Shown here piece by piece: positions 17,960 to 31,142 of a stretch of DNA of 64,000 bases. The DNA is from the human T2T-CHM13v2.0 reference genome, Homo sapiens. Made by a program: the position numbers and the translations under genes. The number at the start of each line of letters is the position of its first letter. Within the stretch, counting starts at the first letter, position 1. The notes beneath the pieces are model-generated. The model was not told the origin of the DNA and ran no database searches. It saw nothing but the letters and a program-made list of their open reading frames with translations. Where the stretch lies: assembly GCF_009914755.1 (NCBI RefSeq), contig NC_060933.1. The stretch is one strand, 5' to 3'.

Positions 17960-18830
17960 TTTTTAAAAAGTAAGCTTATCAAAGACTAGTGTACATACAT
18001 ACAGAAAAGTGCAATGATAATAGGTATACAGTTTGATGAAGTTAAACTAAATCAACAAACCCAATAAACTACCTCTCAGTTCAAGAAATGGAACATTACC
18101 AGTTTCCCAGAAGCCTTCCCCAGTACCCACTAACATTACTACACCCCACAAACTAGACCTGCCAAAAGGTAGTACCATCCTGGTTCTGAACTTTTTATTA
18201 ACAGAAGCATAGAATACACATGCTTATGTGTATTGCTTATGTGTATGGCTTATGCATAGAATACACATGCTTATGTGTATGGCTTCTTAAGAGTCATTCA
18301 CATTACTGAGTATAGCAGCAGTTAGTTCATATTCACTAATGTAGATCATTCTGTTGTAGGAACATTCTACAATGATTGACAGTTTTAAGCTATTATAAGT
18401 AGTACTCTAGAAATATTCTTGTACATGTCTTGTACATGTACCCACACACACATATGCACATTCCTAGGAGTAGAACAGCTAGATCCTTGGGTATGTTTAT
18501 GTTTAACTTTACTGGCAGTTTTCCTAAGTGCTCACATCAATTTACATTCCCACCAGCAGAGTGAGAATTTCTGTTGTTCTACATTCCTGCCAATACTTCA
18601 TTGTCTTTAGCAATTCTGGTGGTGGTGTAGTGAAATCACCTTGTGGTTTAATTTGCATTTCCCTAATGACTAATGAGGCTAGGCACCTTTCATATGTTTA
18701 TTGTATATATTGGACACTTACGAAGTGTCTGTTGAAGTCTTTCATTCACTTTTTCTATTGGATTGGCTGCCTTTTCTGAATTGATTTGGCAAAATCCTTT
18801 ATATATTCTGGACACAAGTACTTGGTCCAA
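17960..18830 (-). mobile_element. L1ME-like 3' fragment, antisense
   Basis: 'aatttacattcccaccagcag', 'tttaatttgcatttccctaatgactaatgagg', 'ctttatatattctggacacaag'. Confidence 0.8.
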
Positions 18831-20180
18831 AGCTTTTAATCTATTTAGTATGAACATGATACACACAGGGAAAAGACAAAGAACAGTGTAAGATCAAAGG
18901 GTAAGGTTATGTAACCAGCCTATGAGTGTTCTAGGAACACAGAACAAGGAATAATCAATTTAAGGTTATTGTGGACAGAGAAGAATATGTAAAGAAGGGA
19001 AATCTGGAGGTGAACCATCAAGAAATTTAATACATTTATCAGGTATAACAATATGCAAAAGCATAAAGAGCCATAAGCAGCAAAATTCAAGTCAGAATGA
19101 GCCTTATTCCTGGATTAACATAATTTCCTCTCCTAAGGGTCAAATCTTTCCTAAGGTTCAAATCTTTACTGGGCACAAAATAGGTTGGATAAAAATGAGG
19201 GCAGATGACAGTAGTCTATGGAGTTTTGAACAGACCTTACTTAACACTTCAAATACCTTATCTCATTTAATCACAACCCTGTAATATAGGTATTTACCAA
19301 AGAAAAGTCACCTAATGTCACAGCTAATCAGCAGTGGAATTAGCCTAAGCACTGAGGTCTGCCACTTCTAAAGTCCATGATTTTTCCACTGAACAGTCTG
19401 TATCTCAACAAGCAAAATTAAAGTTCCCACTATGGTAGCTCCTGGGAACTGAAGACAAAAACAATAACTAAACTGGAACATTAAAAGCTTTAGAATTTCA
19501 TATAGGTAATGTTTGGTCTTCTTATATAATGCATTTCAAAAAAATGTGCTCAAATTGAATATCCAAGAGTCAAACTGGAAAAGTCAAACAACAGGCTTGC
19601 TGAAGTGCCACAATTCTAAAATACCTGTATTTCAGAATGACACCATTAATTCTGTAACATCTTAAGGTGAACACATTAAATGAGCACATTTATTACACGG
19701 TATCCTGATTTCAGAAATGAGGAAAGTGTTACACCTTAGAACCAAGAAAGCACAATAAATGTTATGAGAGATTATCTATTCCCAGTGCAATAGAAGTTTA
19801 TTAAAATCCCTAATTATCTGTAACGTTTTTAGAAACAATCTTCAACAAAATAGTTCCAGCATTTGGTACATGTTCATTAACTGTGTTCTTCTGCCTCATC
19901 ATTAAACACAGCTTAAATCTAATGAGCATCTAATTGAGGTTAAAGACCCATCCTAATGATTTCCATCTTTATCTCAATCACATTAAGATTATGGCTATAC
20001 CACTGGGTGTGTGTATAAATATATCCATGTGTGTGTTCACACAAATACATAAAGCCATTCTCTGATTTCAACTTATTTTTATAAAATGGGATAATGCATT
20101 TAATCTGTTACACAAATATATACTGCTGTGTAGACAGGGATAGCACACCGCCAAAACCCAACTGGTAACAGGAAAGTGGC

Positions 20181-20657
20181 TATATTAGTTTCCTGTGGCT
20201 GCTGTTAACAAACTACCACAAACTTTGTGCTTTAAAATAACAGAAACGTATTTCCCCACAGTTCTGGAGGCGAGTAGCTCACAATCAGTTTCACTGCACT
20301 GAAATCAAGGTTTCATCAGAGCTGCGCTCCCCGCAAAGGCTCTAGGGGAGAATCTGTTCTTTGCCTTTTCCTGGTGGCCACGGACAGACATTCCTTGACT
20401 TGTGGCCCCATCACTCCATGTGTGTCTCCATCTTCACAGTGCCTTCGCCTCTGTGTGTCTGTCAAATCTCACCCTCATTTCACTAGGATACTTAAGATGA
20501 AATTTAGGGAAAACTCAGATAATCCAGGATGATCTCTTTATCTCAAGATCCTTAATTTACCGCATCTGCAAGGATCCTTTTTCCAATAAGGTAAAATTTA
20601 CAGGTTCCAGGTATTAGGATGTGGACATTTTGGGGAACCAGCATTTGGCCTACAACA
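20181..20657 (-). mobile_element. MLT1 (B/C/D-like) MaLR solo LTR
   Basis: 'tattagtttcctgtggctgctgttaacaaactaccacaaact...cacagttctggagg...ggctctaggggagaatc...cctacaaca'. Confidence 0.85.
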
Positions 20658-20841
20658 GCAGCCTACTGTAAAACTGTTGAGCATTCTCATCAGTTAATAT
20701 ACAAGGCCCCAACTGTAGACAGGGTAGGGAATTTTAATGTGTACTGTATGAAAGTTCAGAGTACACTGAAGGCCAAAATCAAGAAAAATCAAAGACTACC
20801 AGTGTCATGCTACAGATGTCTATTAGTAGTGAGAGCCTGGA

Positions 20842-21019
20842 TCAGGGTTATCAACTCTGACTGAACATTAAAATCATCTTGGGACATTTTAAAACTACTG
20901 ACTCTAGGGCCACACCTGAGACTACGCCTTACAATCTGGGTATGCAGCCTAGGTTTGGTTGGATTTTTTTTATTAACTCAGGTGATCCAAATGTGCAACC
21001 AGGTTTGAAAAACCACTAG
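20842..21019. mobile_element. MER5-like hAT MITE
   Basis: 'aacattaaaatcatcttggg...caggtgatccaaatgtgcaaccaggtttgaaaaaccact'. Confidence 0.65.
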
Positions 21020-21514
21020 CCCAACAGAATAACAAAATAGGATGGAGACCTTAATTATACAGTGAACTGTTTTTGGTTTGTTTTTGTTATTTTTTTACCA
21101 ATTTAATGCAACCACCTCTTCTCGTTAGGGAGAAAAGATTCCTTTAAAAATCACGTTTGTAACTTAATTTGAAAATATGTTCAGATTAAAAGTTCTAAAA
21201 ACTGATGCATGACACTTTTAGCCAAATCAGAGTATGTTAGCAGAATGTCAAACCCAAACCCAAACCCAAATACAGTACAAAATAAATGTCTAGTTCATAA
21301 AAAGGAACCGCCAGTTAGTTCATTTAATTGACCTTTCTCTAAAAGTATCAAATGCTTGTTTGGAATAAGCCACTCATGAAAATAATCATATTGAGATCAT
21401 TTTAGAATTATACTTGCTGTTTCATGATTTTATTTTTATATCAAAGACCACTACACTAAGGCATGAGAAATGACAAACAAAATTCAGAGACTAGAAAAGA
21501 TGATTAATCCAATC

Positions 21515-21650
21515 CTTTTTTTTTTTTTTTTTTTTTTTGGTAGGGATGGGGTTCTCACTGTGTTGCCCAGGCTGGTCTCTAACGCCTGGCCTTTAACAAT
21601 TCCCCTGCCTTGGCCTCCCAAAGCTGACAGGCATGAGCCATGGCATCCCA
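21515..21650 (-). mobile_element. FLAM_C / Alu left monomer
   Basis: Poly-T plus reverse monomer; TAATCCAAT repeated on both sides. Confidence 0.85.
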
Positions 21651-21759
21651 CTGTAATCCAATTCTTTATCAACCAGGCCAGTTACACAAACTGAGGGTTT
21701 TATTTTCCTGTCTCTGATTCCTCTTCATTCTTTCTGGGGCTGCACTTTTATCTACTTAC

Positions 21760-21784
21760 CTAGGATTGTTTACCACCTCCACTA
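21760..21784 (-). other. Candidate 25-nt (or 22-nt NAGNAG) microexon
   Basis: Minus strand: aaCTGACttttgagtttcccttctctttctcAG|TAGTGGAGGTGGTAAACAATCCTAG|GTAAGTag. Confidence 0.4.
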
Positions 21785-22484
21785 CTGAGAAAGAGAAGGG
21801 AAACTCAAAAGTCAGTTGATTCTATTTTGAAATGTGTATTTTTTGAAATGCCTCCTATTTCAAAGGAAAGCCTATACACGTCAACAGTTGGGCATAAATG
21901 TTAATGCTTGTTAATTTTGCTTAGAAATGCCATGTTTTACTTTGATTAGTATGATGAATAACTGCAAAGGTGGCAAAAACAGTATCTCAATAAACTGATT
22001 TCACAAATGAAGGAAGATTAGACCAGGAAGTCATACAACGGTTGGATTTTCATTGTTACCCTTACTTCTCACTACATGGATAAAAAATTACCAAGACTAG
22101 AACACACACATATTTCAATATTGAAACTGTTAAGTAAGAGTTACTAAATCTTTGATTTAACATACGTATTTTATTCACATACAATGAAAGGCAAAATGTA
22201 TGGCCAGTGGAAAAACTTCAAAGCCAAGTCACCTATCAAAATGTTCAGAGCTTAAATCTGCCAAGATAAAGGGGTTAAGCTGTCAGCTTCTAGATGACGG
22301 AGAGAGGAATTTATTCAGCAACTTCCCTTCAAGATGTGCAAAATGTTTTCAGAAATCCGTACCTATATTATGTCTTGTTCTCTGGTAAATACATGCATAA
22401 AAACAGTTACTGAATATAAACAGGTGTTCAGTAAACCATGATTCCAAAAGTCCTGTATAAATTGCTTGCACATTTTGGGTTTTG

Positions 22485-22778
<294 letters not shown>

Positions 22779-22868
22779 TAATTTAATTCATCTACTTATA
22801 TTTTTAAGATACTTCTAGTTTTTTTCCCAAAAAAGAAAAATCCAAGAATAATCCAGTTTTGCTTTTAG

Positions 22869-23261
<393 letters not shown>

Positions 23262-23660
23262 TAAAAGCACCACTTGCCTTTGTTTTAATTCTCTGTCAAG
23301 CAATTAATTGAGATTTCATCCTGCTGGCAACCACTCTAGTTCTGCAGCATCCTCAATGAGAAGCAAGGTCCACTTCTCATTTGTCTTCCTTTCAACTGTT
23401 TCTATTTCCACACTTTCACTAGCAATATTAATTTCAACCAATTTCTAAGACAAGAAGTATGCCACTGAATGTATAACTGATCTTAACAACAGATTAACAA
23501 ATTGTTGATTCCCTGCCATTTTCAAAATATCAAATATACAAGACAGTAATTTTTTTAAAATATTTTTTCATCTCTGAGGGAAAGGATGATTTGAAGACTC
23601 CTTTCAAATTCCCAAGAAAGCCTCTCAATATTATCTGTGTAAACTACTGATTCACAGGAA

Positions 23661-23761
23661 TAAATATTTGTTATTTAATATAAACTAAAATGAAAATTTT
23701 TAGCTTTCACAGGAAAAGCTAAAAATTTTCATTTTAGTTTAGACTAAATAACAAATATTTA
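23661..23761. repeat. Long inverted repeat: 47-bp arms, 2 mismatches, 7-nt loop
   Basis: 23661-23707 is the reverse complement of 23715-23761 except at 2 positions; loop CACAGGA. Confidence 0.95.
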
Positions 23762-24318
23762 CAAAACATTCACTATTCGTTAGCTTAGTGACAGACAGCA
23801 CTATTCAAAAGCCCACAAAAATGACCAAATTAAAACGATTGCAAGTTGTTTTCACAGCTATGTTCCATTACAGATTTGTTAACGGCCCCTAAATGTCATG
23901 GCCTCAAGCGAAACATTAAACCTTATCAGCCATCATTTAATCTGTAAAGTGAAGATATTCAACTATGTGATAAAGTCTTCACAATAATCTAGAAAATACT
24001 GCTTAGCCAAAGTGACCCTCGCAAACATTCACCAGCAATACTTTAAAAGATTACCTTCTGTTGTTAGAAATACATTATGGAAAAATGTAAAAAAATAGGA
24101 AAAAAAAATATATATATATAAATCACTCAAACCATCACCCAAGAGTAACAACTGTGAAAATTTGTGGAATAGTAAAAGACACCAAAATGTAATATGTTCA
24201 TAATCGTAAAAAATTAACACAGTTGCAGTCATATAGTATATAATTTGAGCCTACATTTTCAACTTGTATCATAAATTCTGTCCTAGGTCATTAGAACATT
24301 TAAGAAAATGTCATCTTG

Positions 24319-25204
24319 CTCTCTCCTTCCGCCACCCAAGGTTCCCAAAGGAAAGAAGGCCAAGAGAAAGAAGGTGGCTCCGGCCCCTGCTGTCCTGAAA
24401 AAGCAGGAGGCCAAGAAAGTGGTAAATCTCCTGTTTGAGAAAAGGCCTAAGAATTTTGGCATTGGACAGGATATGCAGCCCAAAAGGGACTTAACTCGCT
24501 TTGTGAAATGGCCCCACTATATCAGGTTGCAGCAGCAGAGCCATCCTATTACAAGCGGCTGAAAGCACTTCCTGAGATTATTAACCAGTTCACCCAGGCC
24601 CTGGACCATTAAACAGCTACTCAGCTGCTTAAGCTGGACCACAAGTACAGACCAGAGGCAAAGCAAGAGAAGAAGCAGAGCTTGTTGGCCTGGGCTGAGA
24701 AGAAAGCTCCCAGCAAAGGGCACATCCCCACTAAGAGATCACCTGTCCTTCGAGCAGGAGTTAATATCATCACCACCTTGGTGGAGAACAAAAAGGCTCA
24801 GCTGGTGGTGACTGCACACAACATGGATCCCATTGAGCTGGCTGTCTTCCTGCCTGCCCTGTGTCGTAAAATGGGGGTCCCTTAAGTGCATTACCAAGGA
24901 GAAGGCAAGTCTGGGACATCTAGTTCACAGGAAGACCTGCACCACCGTCACCTTTACACAGGTTAACTTGGAAGGCAAAGGAGCTTTGACTAAGCTGGTG
25001 GAAGCCATCAGGACCAATTATAATGACAGATATGATGAGATCTGCCGTCACTGGGTCCCTAGACTGTGGCTCACATTGCCAAGCTCAAAAAGGCAAAGGC
25101 TAAAGAACTTGCCACCAAACTGGGTTAAATGTACACTGTTGAGTTTTCTGGAAATAAAAATAATTAAAATAAAACAAATTTTCCTTCAAAAGAAAAGAAA
25201 AGAA
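24319..25204 (+). pseudogene. RPL7A: Full-length processed pseudogene of 60S ribosomal protein L7a (eL8)
   Basis: Intronless; 5' pyrimidine tract; [53 protein letters not shown]; start ATG>GTT at 24341; frameshifts, premature TAAs, deletion near the end; native stop 25126-25128; AATAAA 25153; A-rich tail; 17-bp TSD AAGAAAATGTCATCTTG at 24302-24318 and 25205-25221. Confidence 0.97.
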
Positions 25205-25249
25205 AAGAAAATGTCATCTTGATGGCTGTTTAAAAAATCTACCACCAGA

Positions 25250-25905
25250 ATGTAAATTGGTACAGCCATTATAGAAAATAGTATGGAGGTTCCTCAAAAA
25301 ATTAAACATAGAACTACCATATGATCCAGCAATCTCACTACTGGGTATATGTCCTAAGGAAATAAAATCAGTATCTTGAAGAGATATCTGCACCCCCATG
25401 TTCACTGTAGCATTACTCACAATAGCCAAGATACGAAAACAAGCCAAGTGTCCATCCACAGATGAATAAACTGTGATACATATAAGCAACAGAATATTAT
25501 TCAGTCATAAAAGAGAAGGACATCCTGCCATTTGTAGCAAAATAGATGAACCTGGAGGACATTATACTAAGTGTAATAAGCTAGACACAGAAAGACAAAC
25601 ACTGCATGATCCACAGGTAGAACCTAAAAACGCTGAAGTCATAGAAGCAAAGAAAGGTTGTTGCCAGGAGCTGAGAGGTGGGAGAATCAGGGACATGTTA
25701 GTCAAAGGGCACAAAGTTTCAGTTAAAATCTAACTTCTGGGGATCTCATATATATAGCATGGATGGTGATGGATATGTGAATTAATTTGTGGTAGTCATG
25801 GCACAATGTACACGTATATCAAATCATCAGGCTGTATAACTTGTACTCAATCCTAATTTGTCAATTAAATATTTTTAAGTAAATAAAAGTCATCCTTAAA
25901 AAAAA
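25250..25905 (+). mobile_element. 5'-truncated L1MA 3' end
   Basis: 'aatgtaaattggtacagccattatagaaaatagtatggaggttcctcaaaaaatt'; TSD AAAAA(T/G)CTACCACCAGAAT at about 25233 and 25901. Confidence 0.9.
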
Positions 25906-26337
25906 GCTACCACCAGAATATTCAACAGTTATTATACAAAATAGGGATATTTCGAAAGAGAAATGTTTAGCAAATTTATTTCTAAAAATTTTGTAAGTCA
26001 TGTCTTCGGAAAGTTGCTACCGTGGGAGAACTGACCCAACTTTTAAAAAGCAAGTCAAATGAACAGCAATGGCAACGATGGGAAAAAGTCTTCATTAGAA
26101 ATGCATCTTTAGAGCTTTCAACATCTGAAAAAGAGAAAGGTCCAATTTAAATAGTGATCCTATGGCCCTATTTTAATCCTTTATATAAGCTATCAAACAG
26201 ATCATTCCAAATAATCTAAAGTTTAGAAATAGTTATGAATTCATGCAATCATGTGAAAAGTTCTGAACTTTAGTAGCATTCCCCTTCATTTTTCACTCTG
26301 CTTTGTCCTCCTTGGATGAACAGAACACTGTGTTCTA

Positions 26338-26718
<381 letters not shown>

Positions 26719-26819
26719 TTATAAAGAAAAAATAGATTAGGAACCAAAGACATGAACTAATCATGGTTTGCTCAAACAAGAATGAGCAGATCAAACTTCA
26801 AAGACTAAGTCTTTTATAG

Positions 26820-27171
26820 CAGGGGTCCCCAACTCCCAGGGCCTAATACTGGTACTGTTAGGAACCCTGGCCTGTTAGGTACCGGGCCACACGGCAGGTC
26901 AGCGGCAGGTGAGCTAGCGTTACCGCCTGAGCTCCACCTCCTCTCAGATCAGTGGTGGCATTAGATTGTTTCTCATAGGAGTGTGAAACCTCCTGTGAAC
27001 TGCACATGTGAGGGATCTTGGTTGTGCACTCCTTATAAGAATCTAATGATGAATTTAATCTGATGATTTGAGGTGGAACAGTTTCATCCCGAAACCATCC
27101 CCCCACCCCATCCATGGAAAATTGTCTTCCATGAAACCAGTCCCTGGTGCCAAAAAGGTTGGGGACCACTG
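26820..27171. mobile_element. MER1B hAT-Charlie DNA transposon
   Basis: TIRs CAGGGGTCCCCAAC … GTTGGGGACCACTG; internal 'ccgcctgagctccacctcct', 'aaaccagtccctggtgccaaaaaggtt'. Confidence 0.9.
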
Positions 27172-27961
27172 TTTTTCCATCACATAATGTAAGAAAAGAA
27201 GTACAGCAGCACCACAGGGTCAATCAGGTCTACCCCAGAAAGCCCTGGTGCCAAAGAGGCCACAGCCAGCAAGCCTTTTTTAAACACAACATAACTTTTA
27301 ATAGAAACCAAGAAAAAAGGAAATGCGCAACCAAAAAAATCAATCATAAAATATTTGAGTAATGAGAGACAAAAAAATAGTTACTGAAAGAAAACCATAT
27401 TCTATTCGCTCAGCAGGAAGAGACTCTGCAAGGAGCACACGTTTAGGATTACAATACGTACTGACCAGCCCTGAACCAGCAGGGTCTTGGTACAGCAGAG
27501 ATGCTCACCAGAATTAAATTCAGTTCAGGAGACATTAGCTGATCCTCTCAACTCCCACATGTCCCACATCCTCAATGACATCACTGCAAAAACTGTTTGA
27601 TACCGGCAAGTGTTAGGAGAAATAGGAAGATGCCCATCCATTTTTAAGCTAGAAATATCCAAACAATGCATAAATTAGACCCAATGAGGTTGCCTTTTAA
27701 TCCACCAAGAGGCAGACATGACTATGTGATTTTATTACTAAACAAAACTTGTAAGGACCTCCTGTACTTATTAAATATAAAGTAGCTTTTAAAAGTCCAT
27801 CACAGGTATATTTCTGACTGTAATTTTTAAAGGGGGATTTTTTTTCTTAATGTAGTCAAGCAGGCAAAGAGCCAATCAATCCATTAGAAAAATCAAAGAG
27901 CCAGAAATCTATGCTTTGTCATTAATTCAGCCATGCGACTACCATTACTACCAGCATCTTT

Positions 27962-28004
27962 AAAAACAAAACAAAACAAAACAAAACAAAACAAAACAAA
28001 AAAA
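27962..28004. repeat. (CAAAA)n pentanucleotide repeat
   Basis: Seen directly. Confidence 0.9.
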
Positions 28005-30004
28005 CTGGACAGCAGGGAATAAATGGATAGCAAAACAGAAAGAAGAAAATGGCTTTGTGGTATTTATCCTACAAGTGAGGTAGAGCTCATACGTCTAGCT
28101 CATGCTTGTCCTTGGGAGTGAGCAAGTGTCCAGGGTTTTGGCAGGGCACACAGTAATAAAAGAAGACACCATGAGAAAGCCTTTTCTGACTCCAGATTTT
28201 GATGGGTATCATTTAGGCAAAAAGAGTATACTGGGATTATTCAACCCTTTTCCCCACTGCCTTTAATACTGAGCACGCCATAAAAACCAATATGCAATGC
28301 TAGCCCGTAAAATTAAAATGCTATATGCCTACTGTTCTCTCGGAATCAGTCTAATGAGCCAACTGTAGCCACAGTTAGCTTAGAAGAAAAAGTGAACCAA
28401 AGGGAAAATAGTAACATAGGTAAGGCATAATACTGTAATCAAAGTCCCTTCAATTTTAAATTGGATTACTGATGAGTCTTCCTGAAGGGTAATCTTTTGT
28501 AGTAGTGCCTATTTTGTTTGTTTTAATAAAATCTACTGTGTGCATCTTTTAAAAATACAAAATTACTACAAACTACCTAGCCAAGACTATTTTTTCTCCA
28601 CTCCAGTATGGGACGACTCCTGCAGGTAGTAGCTGTTTAACTAGAAAAAAAAAAAAAAAACTGCCAACAAGCACATACTGTGCAGAAAACATAAGCACTA
28701 CATTTATAGACAGCAGCAGCTTTCCAGAACATCTATGATGGCAGCCTGAATGAAGAACAACCGTCTGGTTCTTCATTTATAATGAAGGTTTCAGAAACAC
28801 AAACATCCAGGACCATGAAACCTAGGTGCCCTGCATTGCCAGCTGTAAAACTATAGATGGGAAGTCCCAAAGTAGCCAATTATTTAAGGCCATATATGAG
28901 CTGTTTCAACATATGCATTCATATACACTTACCTTTCTCTTAACTACAGATATTTAAAATATTATACATTCTGAAATAGGTTGAAAAAAGCAAATGAGTA
29001 CTCAATGTTATTAAAGCTGGGCAAGAAAGAGCTAAGGCCAAATCAATGCATACTACATACAGAATAGAATGTATTCCATATAAGTGAAAATATTACATTT
29101 GTCTAGAGTAGGGGGCAGAGTTATTTTTTAATCTGTTATGGAAATGTACAATTTACAGAAAATGATGTATTCTTTTTGTACAAGAAAATATATTTTAGAT
29201 AGGCTTTCTTATCTGAAGAATGTTTTTATTTTCCTAGAGATGATTATCTCACCTTCATAAACATCTTGAGTCATAAGCTCCAGTGCATGGTTTTCCTAAT
29301 AAAAGAACACTTAACATTTTTCACCCATTTACACTTTAAAAAGAAGCGGGGGTGAGGGAGTCCTGCCAATTCACATGTATACATCTCAAACAAATCCTTG
29401 GTTCCAATGTGAATTTTCACATGGTTATTTTCAAATATTTGGACTAATTCAGATATAAAGCAATGCAAGCTACAAAAGCTAAATGTAATTAAAACACCAA
29501 GAAGAAGAAATTTAAAAGCACTACCATTAAATTTATAAACTTCAGATCCTGCAGATGATTTATTGCCCTATGAAAATAAAGTCTAAGTTGCAAAATGTAT
29601 TTGACAGACATGGCATATTATAAGCACTCCAACATCAAAGTATCATAGTTTATGCTGTCCAAATACATTAATCTTCATCTTAGCCTAGGTTTGAAACATA
29701 TATTTTAAAAACTAATTACAAATCAGAAGACAAATGATAAACTACATGGCAGACTTATAATATTCCTTAATATAAATGCAAGGTTCATATAACTATTAAA
29801 AGATTTGGAAACCTCCACTGACTTGAGAAGATAAAGTCTCCCATTATACCATCTGGGTGTTAGAATTCTTATGGAAAAAAATTATGTGTGCCCCATGTGT
29901 TCATTATTGCTGATGGAATTAGAAAGGTTAGTTTTTTTAGAACCTAAGAATTTAGCTACTATTCTCACTTTTATTTGTAAAATTCAAAGTAATAAAATAT
30001 ACCA

Positions 30005-30220
30005 CATTGAAATAGCACTTAATGAGTGCCAAGCACTGTGTTTAATCCAATTAACTCTTGAAACATTTCTCTGAGGTAGTTTCTAACATTATCTTCATTT
30101 TACAGATAAGGCAATTGAAACAAAGGGGTCAAATTACTTGCCCAAAATTTATAAGTAAGTAAGTAACACAGCTGAAATTCAAATCCAGGCAATCTGGCTC
30201 CAGAGTCTTAACCACATTTC
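30005..30220 (-). mobile_element. MIR SINE
   Basis: 'cattttacagataaggcaattgaa...ttacttgccc...tctggctccagagtc'. Confidence 0.75.
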
Positions 30221-31142
30221 TAGAGCATGCCATATTAAACAATCCCAACCTTCTTTCCTGGCTTCCAACCTCCACCTCAATATCAGGAATACCTGAGAAG
30301 GCAAACATTCCTATCTAAATTCACACCATCTGCAATTTCTTTTGAAAAAGTAAATTCGTATACCAAAGTTGCTCCAAACATGCTTGAGATAAAAGAGAAA
30401 AGAAGGAAATTCCCTTACACTTCCCAGAAAGAGAAAATGAATACAAAATGCAAAAATTTATAAACTATATAAAATTAAAGAAGTAAGGCATTACAAATCG
30501 AGTTTTTAAACATTCCTATTTAGTCCCTTAAAAACATAAATAAAACACCAATGCTTTTTAAAAATCTGCACAGGCATACCTCAGAGATATTGTGGATTCA
30601 GTTCCAGATCACCACAACAAAGCAAATATCACAATAAAGCAAGTCAAGTAAATTTTTTGGTTTCCCAGTGCAAATAAAAGTTATGTTTATACTATAATAT
30701 AATATACACATGTGCGATAGCATTATGTGTTTAAAAAATGTACATGCCTTAACTTTAAAATGCTTTATTGCTTTAAAAAAAATGCTAACAATCACTTGAG
30801 CATTCAGCAAATCATAATCTTTTCACTGGGGAGCAGTAATGCCTGGATGTTGATTGCTACCAACTGATCAGGGTGGTGGTTGCTGAAGGCTGGAGTAGCT
30901 GTGGTGATTTCTGGAAATAAGACAACAATGAAGTTTGCTACATGGATTGACTCATCCCTTCACAACAGATTTCCCTGTGGCATGTGATGCTGTTTGATAG
31001 CATTTTACCCACAGTTGAACTTCCTCCAAATTGGAGTCAATCGTCTCAAACCTTGCCACTGCTTTATCAACTAAGTTTATGCAATATTCTAAAACATTTG
31101 TTGTAATTTCAACAATGTTTACAGCATCTTTACCAAGAGTAG

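Noticed and set aside
19131-19166. 18-bp tandem duplication; short palindromes at 22113-22126 and near 44497
   Set aside because: Common small slippage or chance events with no sign of function.
24319-25204. Functional RPL7A gene or its intronic snoRNAs
   Set aside because: It is intronless, has lost its ATG, carries stops and frameshifts, and has a poly-A remnant and TSD.
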